Numbered from the stretch's first letter, positions 7,825-15,927 are shown. The stretch: 32,000 bases of DNA from Candidatus Iainarchaeum sp. (GCA_030688545.1 JAUYHT010000006.1:413966-445965); one strand, 5' to 3'. Program-made: numbers and translations. The notes: a model not told the origin generated them from the letters alone.

Positions 7825-9605
7825 TCGTATCCCTCCTCGGGTGGTGTTTCTGATACGCGTAAACGGTGAATGTCCTTGAGCAATTCTTTCTCTTCCGGAG
7901 TTATTTTATCTCCCAGTTTCATGAGTATCGCGTGCATGGCTGGAGCAATATATGAATAGAATACGTCATGCGGATTCACATTCTTCCCAATAACCCCTTG
8001 GTCGATGGAGATGGCGACATCCTTCCCGGTCTCCGCGATTTCGATTTCATCCTTCTCGGATTGGATGCCTACGACCCTCCCCACTTTTTCCCCGCGCGCA
8101 TTAAGGAGTTCCGTCCCCTTCTTCAGGCGCCCATTCAGGATGCGCACCCCCACTACGGCGGGTTTAGATTGACGAAAAACAAATCCGGGTAGGACTTGGA
8201 GTTTACAGGGGAAAATGACCTGTTGCATTAGACGAATATTTGACTGGCTCTTCTGCGTCTCCACCCAGGCCAGGTAGTCTTCCGTCAGGGAATAGATGAT
8301 GGTGCTCTCAAATAGTTTCACTTGTTCTTTTTCCGCGTCCCCGCGGGCGGCGTCATGCACGGAGGTGTTGAAAGCAAAGATAACCCCCAAATAGGGGTCT
8401 TTCGCCCGGATGGCCGCAGCCTCCATGACATCCCGGCGGGTCACCTGGCCCACATCCGCCCGTTTGATACGAATAGAATGGGTTTGGAGGAGTTTCACTA
8501 GGGCTTCGAGACTCCCAAGCGTATCCGTTTTGAGGATAACCCCCAGGTGGTCGTTCTCTATTTTGATTCGGTTCACTTCCTGCGTGATGTGCTGGGCTTC
8601 ATTTCCCGTATGCACCACCAGGAAAGGCGATCCGGCTAAGGCGTTGTCCAGGTCGGGGGCTGAAATCTTGACTCCGGCGGCCGCATATATTTCCTTCACC
8701 GAAATGAATGTTTCCGCCATACGGATATCCGTGAGAATATTGGGTCGCAACAGGGCGCGCACTTTGGATTGAATAACCCCATCCCTTCCCGCCACTACAA
8801 AGGCATCCCCCACCTTGATGTGGCCATCGTAGAGGATGACATCCAATGTCGTGCCCATTCCTTTTTCCTCGCGCACCTCGAGACACGTCCCTTTCCCCGG
8901 GGAATTGGAGACGACCCGCAGTTTGGTTTCCAAAAATTTTTGGGATATTCCCGCGAGGAACACCAGCATCTCAGGGATGCCTTCCCCCGTGGGGTTGCAG
9001 ATGGGGACGATGGCAATTTCTTTCGTGGTATCTTCCACCCGGTCAAATCGTTCACTGGCGAAACCCATCCCATGCAATTCCCCCACAAGAGTATAGAGGC
9101 GCTCGTCCAACCGCTTCTGTACCGCAGGAAGCTGGCGGGCGTGGTTCTCGAGGAATGAACCGGGGGCGCTGTCATACCCTTCAAGGAGGTCCAGTTTGTT
9201 CAACCCCACCACAAACGGCACTTTGTAGGCGCGGAGGATGGAGATGGCTTCCCTAGTTTGGGGTTGCAATCCCTTATTCACATCCACGAGCAACACCCCC
9301 AAATCCGCGATGCTGCTCCCCCTTTCGCGGAGGTTGGCAAAGGCTTCATGACCGGGGGTATCGATGAAGAGCAATCCCGGGATGGATAGCTTGAATCCGA
9401 ATTTTTGGATGAGGGGACCCGCGATATTTTGAATCGTGGAAAGGGGTATTTCCGTGGCCCCAATGTGCTGGGTGATAAACCCCGCTTCTTTCGCCGCGAC
9501 ATTCGTTGAGCGGACCTTGTCCAAAAACGTTGTTTTTCCACTGTCCACGTGACCCAAGACCGCGACAATGGGTGTGCGCAACGTGGTATATTTGTATTCT
9601 TCCAT
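7821..9605 (-). CDS. infB: Translation initiation factor aIF5B (IF-2 homologue)
   Basis: GHVDSGKTTFLD, DTPGHEAF and NKLD are present, and the domains are colinear with aIF5B. I place the start at the ATG at 9605 (MEEYKYTTLRTPIVAVLGH), which has GAGG about 9 nt upstream. The longer track ORF (to 9761) would overlap the upstream gene and add a non-conserved extension. Confidence 0.9.
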   Translation of the reverse strand: MEEYKYTTLRTPIVAVLGHVDSGKTTFLDKVRSTNVAAKEAGFITQHIGATEIPLSTIQNIAGPLIQKFGFKLSIPGLLFIDTPGHEAFANLRERGSSIADLGVLLVDVNKGLQPQTREAISILRAYKVPFVVGLNKLDLLEGYDSAPGSFLENHARQLPAVQKRLDERLYTLVGELHGMGFASERFDRVEDTTKEIAIVPICNPTGEGIPEMLVFLAGISQKFLETKLRVVSNSPGKGTCLEVREEKGMGTTLDVILYDGHIKVGDAFVVAGRDGVIQSKVRALLRPNILTDIRMAETFISVKEIYAAAGVKISAPDLDNALAGSPFLVVHTGNEAQHITQEVNRIKIENDHLGVILKTDTLGSLEALVKLLQTHSIRIKRADVGQVTRRDVMEAAAIRAKDPYLGVIFAFNTSVHDAARGDAEKEQVKLFESTIIYSLTEDYLAWVETQKSQSNIRLMQQVIFPCKLQVLPGFVFRQSKPAVVGVRILNGRLKKGTELLNARGEKVGRVVGIQSEKDEIEIAETGKDVAISIDQGVIGKNVNPHDVFYSYIAPAMHAILMKLGDKITPEEKELLKDIHRLRVSETPPEEGYE

Positions 9606-9726
9606 GCTATTTCCCTCATCACCAAATTTGACGCAGCCAGAGGAAGCTTTTGATGAAATTCGTCTCAAAAGTTCCCGGGATCCGGCGGCACGAGGAACTT
9701 CCCTTCCCAAGGGCTTAAAAAATGGC

Positions 9727-10752
9727 CTACTGCTGGCGATAGCGTTGGAGGGTATCCTCAATATATTCTAATTTTATTCCAGCGCTGGCGAGCATCGTCT
9801 CGCTTTCCGCCCCGTCATGGTATTTGCCTTGGCTTAAAACACGGGTAATGCCCACTCCGATGATGAGCATGGCGCACGTTCGGCAGGGGGTCATTTTGCA
9901 ATAGAGGGTGGTATCCTGGAGGGAGATACCTTGTCGGGCCGCCTGAAGAATGGCATTCTGTTCGGCATGCAGGGTGCGGACGCAATGCCAGCTCTCCCTC
10001 CCATCCTCATGGACCACCTTCTTCATCTGGTGCCCCACTTCATCGCAGTGTTTCATCCCGGGAGGGGATCCCACGTAACCTGTTGTGAGGATATGTTTCC
10101 CCCTCACGATCACGCAACCGCTTCGCCCCCGGTCACAGGTCGCGCGTTTGGCCACGACCCTAGTCATCTCCATGAAATACTCGTCCCAGGAGGGGCGGCG
10201 ATGGAAATAATTTAGCTTGTCTAGGAAGGATGAAATTTCCTGATAGAAGTCCTCAAATGTCCCATTATTGAGCACCACGAAATCGGCCATTTCCTTTACC
10301 GCCAGTAATTGTTGCCCGGCGCTGTCGGGGTTAGTATATTCCCGCTCTTCCATCTGCTTGAAATCATCGAAATTTTGTGGATCGTTTTCCCGGTTACGTA
10401 GGCGAGCCCTCTCAAAACGCGCCTGAATATCGGCGTCCACGAAGATGAGATAAAAATCCTTATTTTTTTTGAGCTCCTCCACTTCGGCCGGATTGCGGAT
10501 GGACGCAAAGGAATAGTTTCCACCCGGATCGATGTCGGCCAGCGCCCGTTTGGCGAGGACAGCGTTTCCCTCTTTCTGGCGCAGATCAGTTCCGAGGGTA
10601 ATCAGACCCTCCCGCGTGATGGGAATTCCCAAGACATTCGATTCCTTGCGCAATTCATCAGAGAGGGAACGGCGGACAAACCCTTTTCGTTCAAGAAACT
10701 CGGCGAGCGTATCCTTCCCCGCGGCATAAAATCCGGTGATGCCCATTAACAT
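9727..10752 (-). CDS. Fusion protein: N-terminal P-loop nucleotide kinase-like domain (UPF0200-like) plus C-terminal dCMP deaminase
   Basis: The N-terminus GITGFYAAGKDT is a P-loop variant followed by a kinase-like ~170 aa. The C-terminal half carries the cytidine/dCMP deaminase zinc motifs HAEQNAI and PCRTCA. Confidence 0.8.
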   Translation of the reverse strand: MLMGITGFYAAGKDTLAEFLERKGFVRRSLSDELRKESNVLGIPITREGLITLGTDLRQKEGNAVLAKRALADIDPGGNYSFASIRNPAEVEELKKNKDFYLIFVDADIQARFERARLRNRENDPQNFDDFKQMEEREYTNPDSAGQQLLAVKEMADFVVLNNGTFEDFYQEISSFLDKLNYFHRRPSWDEYFMEMTRVVAKRATCDRGRSGCVIVRGKHILTTGYVGSPPGMKHCDEVGHQMKKVVHEDGRESWHCVRTLHAEQNAILQAARQGISLQDTTLYCKMTPCRTCAMLIIGVGITRVLSQGKYHDGAESETMLASAGIKLEYIEDTLQRYRQQ

Positions 10753-10801
10753 GCGTTTCCCCCCACCCTTCCTTACGTCGAAAGAGACATAAAAACCATG
10801 C

Positions 10802-11227
10802 TCATTTTAGGCCCGTGCTCCCGAATCCCTTGTCCCCTCGGATGGTAGTATCCAATTGGGTGACTTCTTCAATCTCCGGGTGGGCGATGGGTTGGATGAG
10901 AAGTTGGGCGACTTTTTGGCCCTTTTCGAGGGTAATGGGTTCCTTTCCATGATTGATCACCACGATCTTTATTTCCCCCCGGTAGGTTTCGTCCAAAACT
11001 CCCCCCATGACGTGAAGCCCGTTCTTCAACGGGGGCCCCGATTTGTCCCAAATCAGCCCCACGTGACCTGGAGGGAGAGCCAAGGCAATGCCCGTGGAAA
11101 CAGCCATTCGTTCCCCGGGTTGGATAACGTATTCGTCATTCGCATACAGGTCCATCCCCGCGTCTCCGGGGATGGCATACTTGGGTAGGATGGCGTCGGG
11201 GTGGAGTTTCTTAATGCGCAGGTGCAT
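10802..11227 (-). CDS. dut: dUTP diphosphatase (trimeric dUTPase)
   Basis: dUTPase motifs are present: DAGMDLYA, GVLDETYRGEIKIVVINHG and RGDKGFGSTG. Confidence 0.9.
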   Translation of the reverse strand: MHLRIKKLHPDAILPKYAIPGDAGMDLYANDEYVIQPGERMAVSTGIALALPPGHVGLIWDKSGPPLKNGLHVMGGVLDETYRGEIKIVVINHGKEPITLEKGQKVAQLLIQPIAHPEIEEVTQLDTTIRGDKGFGSTGLK

Positions 11228-11268
11228 CCCAGGGCAAGGTTATTAATCAATAAAAACGTTCGGGTTAG

Positions 11269-11571
11269 ATGAAAAGAAATAATATGCCAAGAATTAGCCC
11301 TTTTCTTGGTGGAATAATAGTAAAAAGGCCTTATCAATATTCAGAATTGACAGTGAATGATAAACGAAGATTAGACACAATGTATGTTCGCGTAGGAAGA
11401 TATCGTAGAAAAGAATTAATAACTGATAAAGAGGCCGCTAACGTTTACACCTTTGCCAAAAACTACTATATTAAGCATGGAAAGATACCTACAATGGAAG
11501 AATTACGCGTGGTATTTCCATTCCTAAATAACGCTTGGCAAATAATTTTTCGCAAACGTGAAAAGATATAG
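11269..11571 (+). CDS. Small hypothetical protein with a possible LexA-N-terminal-like winged-helix segment, in an AT-rich island
   Basis: 100-aa ORF that is visibly much more AT-rich than its neighbours. ITDKEAANVYTFAKNYYIKHGKIPTMEELRVVFPF resembles the LT.rq..vl.fi..y....G.pPt..Ei pattern of LexA-type wHTH domains. Weak similarity, judged by eye. Confidence 0.4.
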   Translation: MKRNNMPRISPFLGGIIVKRPYQYSELTVNDKRRLDTMYVRVGRYRRKELITDKEAANVYTFAKNYYIKHGKIPTMEELRVVFPFLNNAWQIIFRKREKI

Positions 11572-11579
11572 TAAACTAC

Positions 11580-11612
11580 CCCCCAATCAATGGATAGCCA
11601 TTCAATTGGGGG
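11580..11612. terminator. Long imperfect hairpin between convergent genes (possible bidirectional terminator)
   Basis: CCCCCAAT(11580-11587)/ATTGGGGG(11605-11612) with an inner ATGG/CCAT stem. It lies between the 3' ends of 11269..11571 (+) and ndk (-). Confidence 0.4.
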
Positions 11613-11632
11613 ATAAAAGAAAGTAGGTTGCC

Positions 11633-12184
11633 CTATTTCCCCAACACATGTCGGTCGTGGACACTAGTATACGTGTGCACCTCTTCCGGGGTGAACCATA
11701 GGGGAATTTCGCGCTGGGCGTCTTCCTGGGAGGAGGAGGCGTGCACGAGGTTGCGAATGACCTGATCGTGGACGTCTGCGTACGCGAAACTTTGGTGCGT
11801 GAAGTCTCCTCGGATGGTTCCAGGGAGAGCGGATTTGGGTTCGGTGGGCCCGATCATTTTCCTCACTTGGTCGATGGCATGAATACCTTCCACCACGATT
11901 GCCAATACCGGTCCCTCCGTGAGAAAGCGCACGTTCTGGTCGAACACCTTTTCCCCGCGGCGCTGTGCCACGTCTGCGTAATGGGCGGCGGCGTGGTCCT
12001 TGTCCACCCACACCATTTTGCACCCTACTATCTTCAATCCCACATCCTCGAACCGGCATAGTATACGTCCCATGAGCCCGCGTTGAACGGTATCGGGTTT
12101 TAACAAAATGAGGGATCGTTCCAACACAGAATCAACTCGACACTTCTTCTTTCTTCTTGGCCTTTTCGTGCTGTCGTTGGGCAA
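11633..12184 (-). CDS. ndk: Nucleoside diphosphate kinase
   Basis: ERSLILLKPDTVQRGL, GPVLAIVVEG, IRGDF and NLVHASSS (catalytic His) are present. The start is uncertain: the ATG at 12184 overlaps rpl24e by 53 nt, whereas a GTG at 12127 lies just after the rpl24e stop. Confidence 0.88.
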   Translation of the reverse strand: MPNDSTKRPRRKKKCRVDSVLERSLILLKPDTVQRGLMGRILCRFEDVGLKIVGCKMVWVDKDHAAAHYADVAQRRGEKVFDQNVRFLTEGPVLAIVVEGIHAIDQVRKMIGPTEPKSALPGTIRGDFTHQSFAYADVHDQVIRNLVHASSSQEDAQREIPLWFTPEEVHTYTSVHDRHVLGK

Positions 12185-12365
12185 TGTTGGCGGCTTTGGT
12201 CTTGGCGAATTCTTTGGTCCACCGGGTTTTCCGGGGCTGGCGTTTTAGTTTAATCATGTTGGTCTCGCACTTCCGAGAGCAGAAGCTGAACACTTGGCCG
12301 GTTTTCTTCACGAATAAGAGGCCGGTTCCCTTGGCAATTTTGTTCCCGCAGAAAGTGCAATCCAT
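12132..12365 (-). CDS. rpl24e: 50S ribosomal protein L24e (eL24)
   Basis: CTFCGNKIAKGTGLLFVKKTGQVFSFCSRKC zinc-ribbon N-terminus typical of eL24. Confidence 0.9.
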   Translation of the reverse strand: MDCTFCGNKIAKGTGLLFVKKTGQVFSFCSRKCETNMIKLKRQPRKTRWTKEFAKTKAANIAQRQHEKAKKKEEVSS

Positions 12366-12380
12366 CCCCTTTCCCTTCCT

Positions 12381-12590
12381 TCACCGCGCGCGGATCTCCT
12401 TGGCCTCGCGCTCCGTATTCAACAATACCAACACGTCCCCTTTCTTGAGGTTGCCTTTCACATTTCTTCGTTTTACGCGCCCTTTTTCGGGGCCGTCCAA
12501 AATCTTGCATAGGACTTGAGTTATCTCGCCATGCACGCCCGTGCGTTTGACTATTTCCACGACTTCCGCGGGGGTTCCCATTTCACTCAT
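12381..12590 (-). CDS. rps28e: 30S ribosomal protein S28e (eS28)
   Basis: [60 protein letters not shown] is a typical eS28 pattern. Confidence 0.9.
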   Translation of the reverse strand: MSEMGTPAEVVEIVKRTGVHGEITQVLCKILDGPEKGRVKRRNVKGNLKKGDVLVLLNTEREAKEIRAR

Positions 12591-12600
12591 AAACCATCAC

Positions 12601-12963
12601 CTATTTGGCCAATTCCATCAGTTTTTTAGCAAGGGTTTCTAGTTCATTCTGCGCATCCCCGGGTTCCACCACCGCAACGGCAGCCGTCCCTACTCCCAAC
12701 CCTGATTTTTCTCCCAGCTCCTTCTTGGATCCCATGAAGGAATAGGGGATTTTTTTCTCCTTGCAGAGCAAGGGCAGATGCATCGTCAACTCTTTTGGAT
12801 TGACATCCTGGGCAATCACCACCAACTTTGCCTGGTCGCGCTCGATGGCCTTGGTGACTTCATTGACCCCGATGCGAAGCTTCCCATTCTTTTTCCGGAG
12901 TTCGGATAGGAATTCCCCCTGCTGTTCCTGCAGGGCCTTGGGGACGTCAAATACAGTACTCAT
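12601..12963 (-). CDS. rpl7ae: 50S ribosomal protein L7Ae (k-turn binding protein)
   Basis: NEVTKAIERDQAKLVVIAQDVNP.E....LP.LC.EK.IPY......K.ELG matches L7Ae. I place the start at the ATG at 12963 (MSTVFDVP), which has GGTGAGGTGG 6 nt upstream. The track start (GTG 12978) lies inside that SD. Confidence 0.9.
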   Translation of the reverse strand: MSTVFDVPKALQEQQGEFLSELRKKNGKLRIGVNEVTKAIERDQAKLVVIAQDVNPKELTMHLPLLCKEKKIPYSFMGSKKELGEKSGLGVGTAAVAVVEPGDAQNELETLAKKLMELAK

Positions 12964-12969
12964 GCTCAA

Positions 12970-12997
12970 CCACCTCACCCTCGCGGGTTCATCGGCG
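12970..12997 (-). promoter_or_regulatory. Candidate kink-turn (k-turn) RNA motif in the rpl7ae 5' leader, overlapping the Shine-Dalgarno sequence
   Basis: Minus-strand RNA is CGCC-GAU-GA-ACCC-GCGA-GGGU-GA-GGUG. This gives a C-stem CGCC/GGUG, a 3-nt bulge, tandem G.A/A.G pairs, and an NC stem ACCC/GGGU closed by a GNRA loop. The 3' strand GAGGUG is also the SD for the ATG at 12963. Confidence 0.45.
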
Positions 12998-13052
12998 AAA
13001 AAATCGCCTGTTTCTAACCTAAAGCCCCGGGAAAGGGCTTATAAATGGAGGC

Positions 13053-13970
13053 CTAGCGGCGGCGATGAGGCCATCGGGGAATGATCCTCCTAAAGCGTGA
13101 TGGGGGACGGACAGATTTTTTTTGGGTATTCTTTCCGCGAGGATGGAGAGCCAAATCCACTAGAAACTGAGGGGATTGCCCGCGGACATATTCCACATCC
13201 CGGAGCTTAAATTTCTGTGAAATAAAAGAAGCCGGATCTTCGCCACGGCCTACCTTGACTAAAACACCTATCCCACACTTCCGGAGCAACTGCGGGTCGG
13301 CATCGCTGATGGCCATGGTTGTTTTGGGATTGAATGACCAGCCCTTTCGCCCGAAATGCGATTTGATGGCCGGGATTTTTTCGACGGCCGGAATAGATGT
13401 GTGCGTTTCGCCCACGAAATATTCCAATCCACTCACTTTCCCAGCGCGAGCCCCGCGATCGAACGTTTGTTTCGATCCGACAACGGCATCCACTCTCAAT
13501 CCGAACCGCCCACGAAGGTGGGCAGCTAATCGTTTCCCTAAAATGTCGGACGTTCCGGTGGTAAGGACGATTTTCACGCCTGGATTTTCCCTCTTGATCT
13601 GTTGAAGGGCGCCAATCACCCCCCAGTTGAATATACCTTCTCCGTAGGCACGATCAACTATTTCCTTCCAATCTCGTGCCGTCCATCCATGGCTCTTCTG
13701 AAGTTCATGCCCCCAATGTTTGACATCGGCAAAATTGGCTTTCCCAGATTTGACGCGCGCTTTCTGTTCAGCGTAAGCCTGCCGTGCCCCTTCGGGGCCA
13801 AGGATTTTTTCGAGCGCCCGATAAGGAGTTAGAACATCCAATAGAGTGTAATCAATATCCACTACAATGGTATCGATGCGCGGGGGGATTGAAGCTGTCT
13901 TCCTCTTCACGTAAAACAGGGCTGATTGAAGGGCATAGCTGCCCAATAGTTTAGCTTTCCCGAGTCCCAT
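13053..13970 (-). CDS. HAD-superfamily hydrolase-like protein
   Basis: HAD motif I is VVDIDYTLLDV (DxDxT). A later TTGTSD segment and a C-terminal ISDAD acidic motif are also present. The specific substrate is unknown. Confidence 0.55.
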   Translation of the reverse strand: MGLGKAKLLGSYALQSALFYVKRKTASIPPRIDTIVVDIDYTLLDVLTPYRALEKILGPEGARQAYAEQKARVKSGKANFADVKHWGHELQKSHGWTARDWKEIVDRAYGEGIFNWGVIGALQQIKRENPGVKIVLTTGTSDILGKRLAAHLRGRFGLRVDAVVGSKQTFDRGARAGKVSGLEYFVGETHTSIPAVEKIPAIKSHFGRKGWSFNPKTTMAISDADPQLLRKCGIGVLVKVGRGEDPASFISQKFKLRDVEYVRGQSPQFLVDLALHPRGKNTQKKSVRPPSRFRRIIPRWPHRRR

Positions 13971-13976
13971 GCACTT

Positions 13977-14885
13977 TCATCGTGTGCCCCTTTTTGTACT
14001 TTTCTGCATTTTCCATGTTCCTCCACCTTTTCTGCCCAAATATGAGCGGGCTTTCACTGCTGAGTAAAAAACAGGGGCTGCCCATAATGCCATTCTTTGT
14101 TTTGAGCTTAAGCTAGAATAGGCTGAAATTCCTCTTTGGAATGCTCGTAACACACTCGGATTCACGAATGCATTTACTCTTTTTCGACCAAACATTTTAC
14201 GTAATTGAAGAACCCCTTTCCATTGGCGAACCGCTTGTTTCCACGTTTCCCGGATTGAAGCAGGAGGGTGATAAACAACTCGAGCACTTGGAATTCGACG
14301 AACATTTTCAATACCTAATCGTAATGAAATAAACAAATCATCGTTTAGAATAGTAGATGGGATGTGGCCAATTTTAGGCACGGCTGATCCGCGCATCATC
14401 AAACACTTTCCGTCCAAATAGCGAAATCCGGCCACTTGATGGGGTATATCGGCTAAATTTTCAGATAGCTTCCTATTTCGCGATGCGTGTATAGAGGCAC
14501 CCACCCCCTCCAATCTAATATTCGTCTTTAATTCGTTATACAGCCTGGCGAGGGCATAAGTGGAAATAGTAACATCTCCTGTAATGAGTGCTAAGGCAAC
14601 CGATTTCGACGTCCATGCATGAGTTAAAATTGCATTTAGTGCCTCTGGTCGATTCGAAATGGATCGCTGTATAATAACAATATTTTCCTTCGGAATATTA
14701 AGTCGATGAATAGCTAAACGAATGGCTTCAACATTTTCTTTCAGCTTTTTTGAATTTGAATCATTGGCACAAACAATAATCCTTTTTTCTACTCCAACCA
14801 AATCAGCATTCCACACCGATGCAATAGTCTGCCCAATGAATTCTGGTTCACGATGCGTTGTAATCCCGATGACGAGCTGATGCAT
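13977..14885 (-). CDS. Glycosyltransferase family 2-like (GT-A fold) protein
   Basis: The N-terminal IGITTHREPEFIGQTIASV...RIIVCANDSNS and later LITGDV resemble the GT2 Rossmann-like core and a DxD-type motif. The gene is more AT-rich than its flanks. Recognition by eye only. Confidence 0.4.
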   Translation of the reverse strand: MHQLVIGITTHREPEFIGQTIASVWNADLVGVEKRIIVCANDSNSKKLKENVEAIRLAIHRLNIPKENIVIIQRSISNRPEALNAILTHAWTSKSVALALITGDVTISTYALARLYNELKTNIRLEGVGASIHASRNRKLSENLADIPHQVAGFRYLDGKCLMMRGSAVPKIGHIPSTILNDDLFISLRLGIENVRRIPSARVVYHPPASIRETWKQAVRQWKGVLQLRKMFGRKRVNAFVNPSVLRAFQRGISAYSSLSSKQRMALWAAPVFYSAVKARSYLGRKGGGTWKMQKSTKRGTR

Positions 14886-14919
14886 AACAGGAATTTAGTA
14901 TGGGCCCCTATTAATTCTC

Positions 14920-15399
14920 CTATTTTTGGGGGATAGATGCGAAATTCAATAGCCGCTGGGGCAATATTTTCCTCAAATCTGCCGTTCGGATGCGCACGCT
15001 TTCCGTGAGCAATCCGATGTTGAACTCCGCCCACTCGTGGTCGAACACACTTTCGTCGAGGTAGATGGGTAAAGGAGTGGAAAACCAAAAAGGAGGAACG
15101 GCCCCGGGCTCGCACCCCGTTTTTTCCAATACGATTTCCTTGGAGGCCAATTTCACCTTCTTGAATTCCAAAATTTCCCCGAACCGTTTCAAATCCATCT
15201 TTAGGTCCGCGGCCAGCAATGCCAAAACCACCCCCCGCTCGGTTTCAAGAACCATGGCTTTCACCCCATTGTGCAATTCTCCTTTCCGCGCGGCCATGGC
15301 CTGCTGGGAGGTGTACACCGGCTCGTGAGTGAAATGCTCGAATGGGATATTTTGTTCCTTAAAAGTGCGGAGGATGGCATCGCGTTCGGATTGGCCCAT
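14920..15399 (-). CDS. YbaK/ProX-type aminoacyl-tRNA trans-editing (deacylase) domain protein
   Basis: 159 aa. IPFEHFTHEPVYTSQQA....G....GVKAMVL......VLALLAAD.K.DLKR and GCEPGAVPPF are typical of the YbaK/ProX family. Confidence 0.7.
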   Translation of the reverse strand: MGQSERDAILRTFKEQNIPFEHFTHEPVYTSQQAMAARKGELHNGVKAMVLETERGVVLALLAADLKMDLKRFGEILEFKKVKLASKEIVLEKTGCEPGAVPPFWFSTPLPIYLDESVFDHEWAEFNIGLLTESVRIRTADLRKILPQRLLNFASIPQK

Positions 15400-15423
15400 A
15401 ATTAAAATGGAAGCGATCTGGTT

Positions 15424-15648
15424 TTATTTGGCGTGCTTGACCTGGTGTAACGATTGCCGCAGTCGCTTGTCGGTTTCCAATATCTGACGCGCGAGATGCG
15501 TGTTCAAATCCACGAGCTCGTTATGCTTGTCCTGCAATCCATGCAGACAGCGGGTTATTTGTTGGTTGGAATAGCGAATCAAGTATACTGCCACAATCAA
15601 GGACATGAGGAATAATCCCACCGAGACGAATAGCGTTCCGATGGCCAT
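15424..15648 (-). CDS. Small N-terminally anchored coiled-coil protein, paralogue A (hypothetical)
   Basis: One TM helix (LFVSVGLFLMSLIVAVYLIRYSNQQ) followed by a helical tail. It shares the VAVYLIRYSNQQ core with the adjacent ORF. Confidence 0.55.
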   Translation of the reverse strand: MAIGTLFVSVGLFLMSLIVAVYLIRYSNQQITRCLHGLQDKHNELVDLNTHLARQILETDKRLRQSLHQVKHAK

Positions 15649-15654
15649 AACAAG

Positions 15655-15927
15655 TCACTTCCGGATGGGGGCGGTTTGCCGCACCTCGGTCGACTCGCTC
15701 CCTTTTCGAACGTGTTTGATGGATTCGATTTCCCCGCGCAAGGACTTTTCATTCATGATAACTGTTTTGGTGAGACGGGCATTGAGTTTCATGAGCTCCA
15801 AATTCTTATCCCGGAGATGGGAGATGCTGCCCATGAGCTGTTGGTTGGAATACCGGATGAGATAGACAGCTACGATCAGCTGGACTATGAATAGGCCGAC
15901 GGCCATCACCATTTCAGTCGTTACCAT
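15655..15927 (-). CDS. Small N-terminally anchored coiled-coil protein, paralogue B (hypothetical)
   Basis: Contains MAVGLFIVQLIVAVYLIRYSNQQ and a helical tail colinear with paralogue A (L.DK..EL..LN..L). Its start overlaps the stop of the upstream 659-aa gene. Confidence 0.55.
   Translation of the reverse strand: MVTTEMVMAVGLFIVQLIVAVYLIRYSNQQLMGSISHLRDKNLELMKLNARLTKTVIMNEKSLRGEIESIKHVRKGSESTEVRQTAPIRK

Noticed and set aside
7821-9605. Intein or large insertion in aIF5B, or in the other GTPases
   Set aside because: At ~594 aa the protein has normal aIF5B length, and the motifs are contiguous with no Cys/Ser...HN splice-junction blocks.
9606-9761. 52-aa N-terminal extension of the infB ORF
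   Set aside because: The extension overlaps the 3' end of the upstream deaminase gene and is not aIF5B-like. The internal ATG at 9605 has an SD-like GAGG and gives the canonical N-terminus just before the G1 motif.
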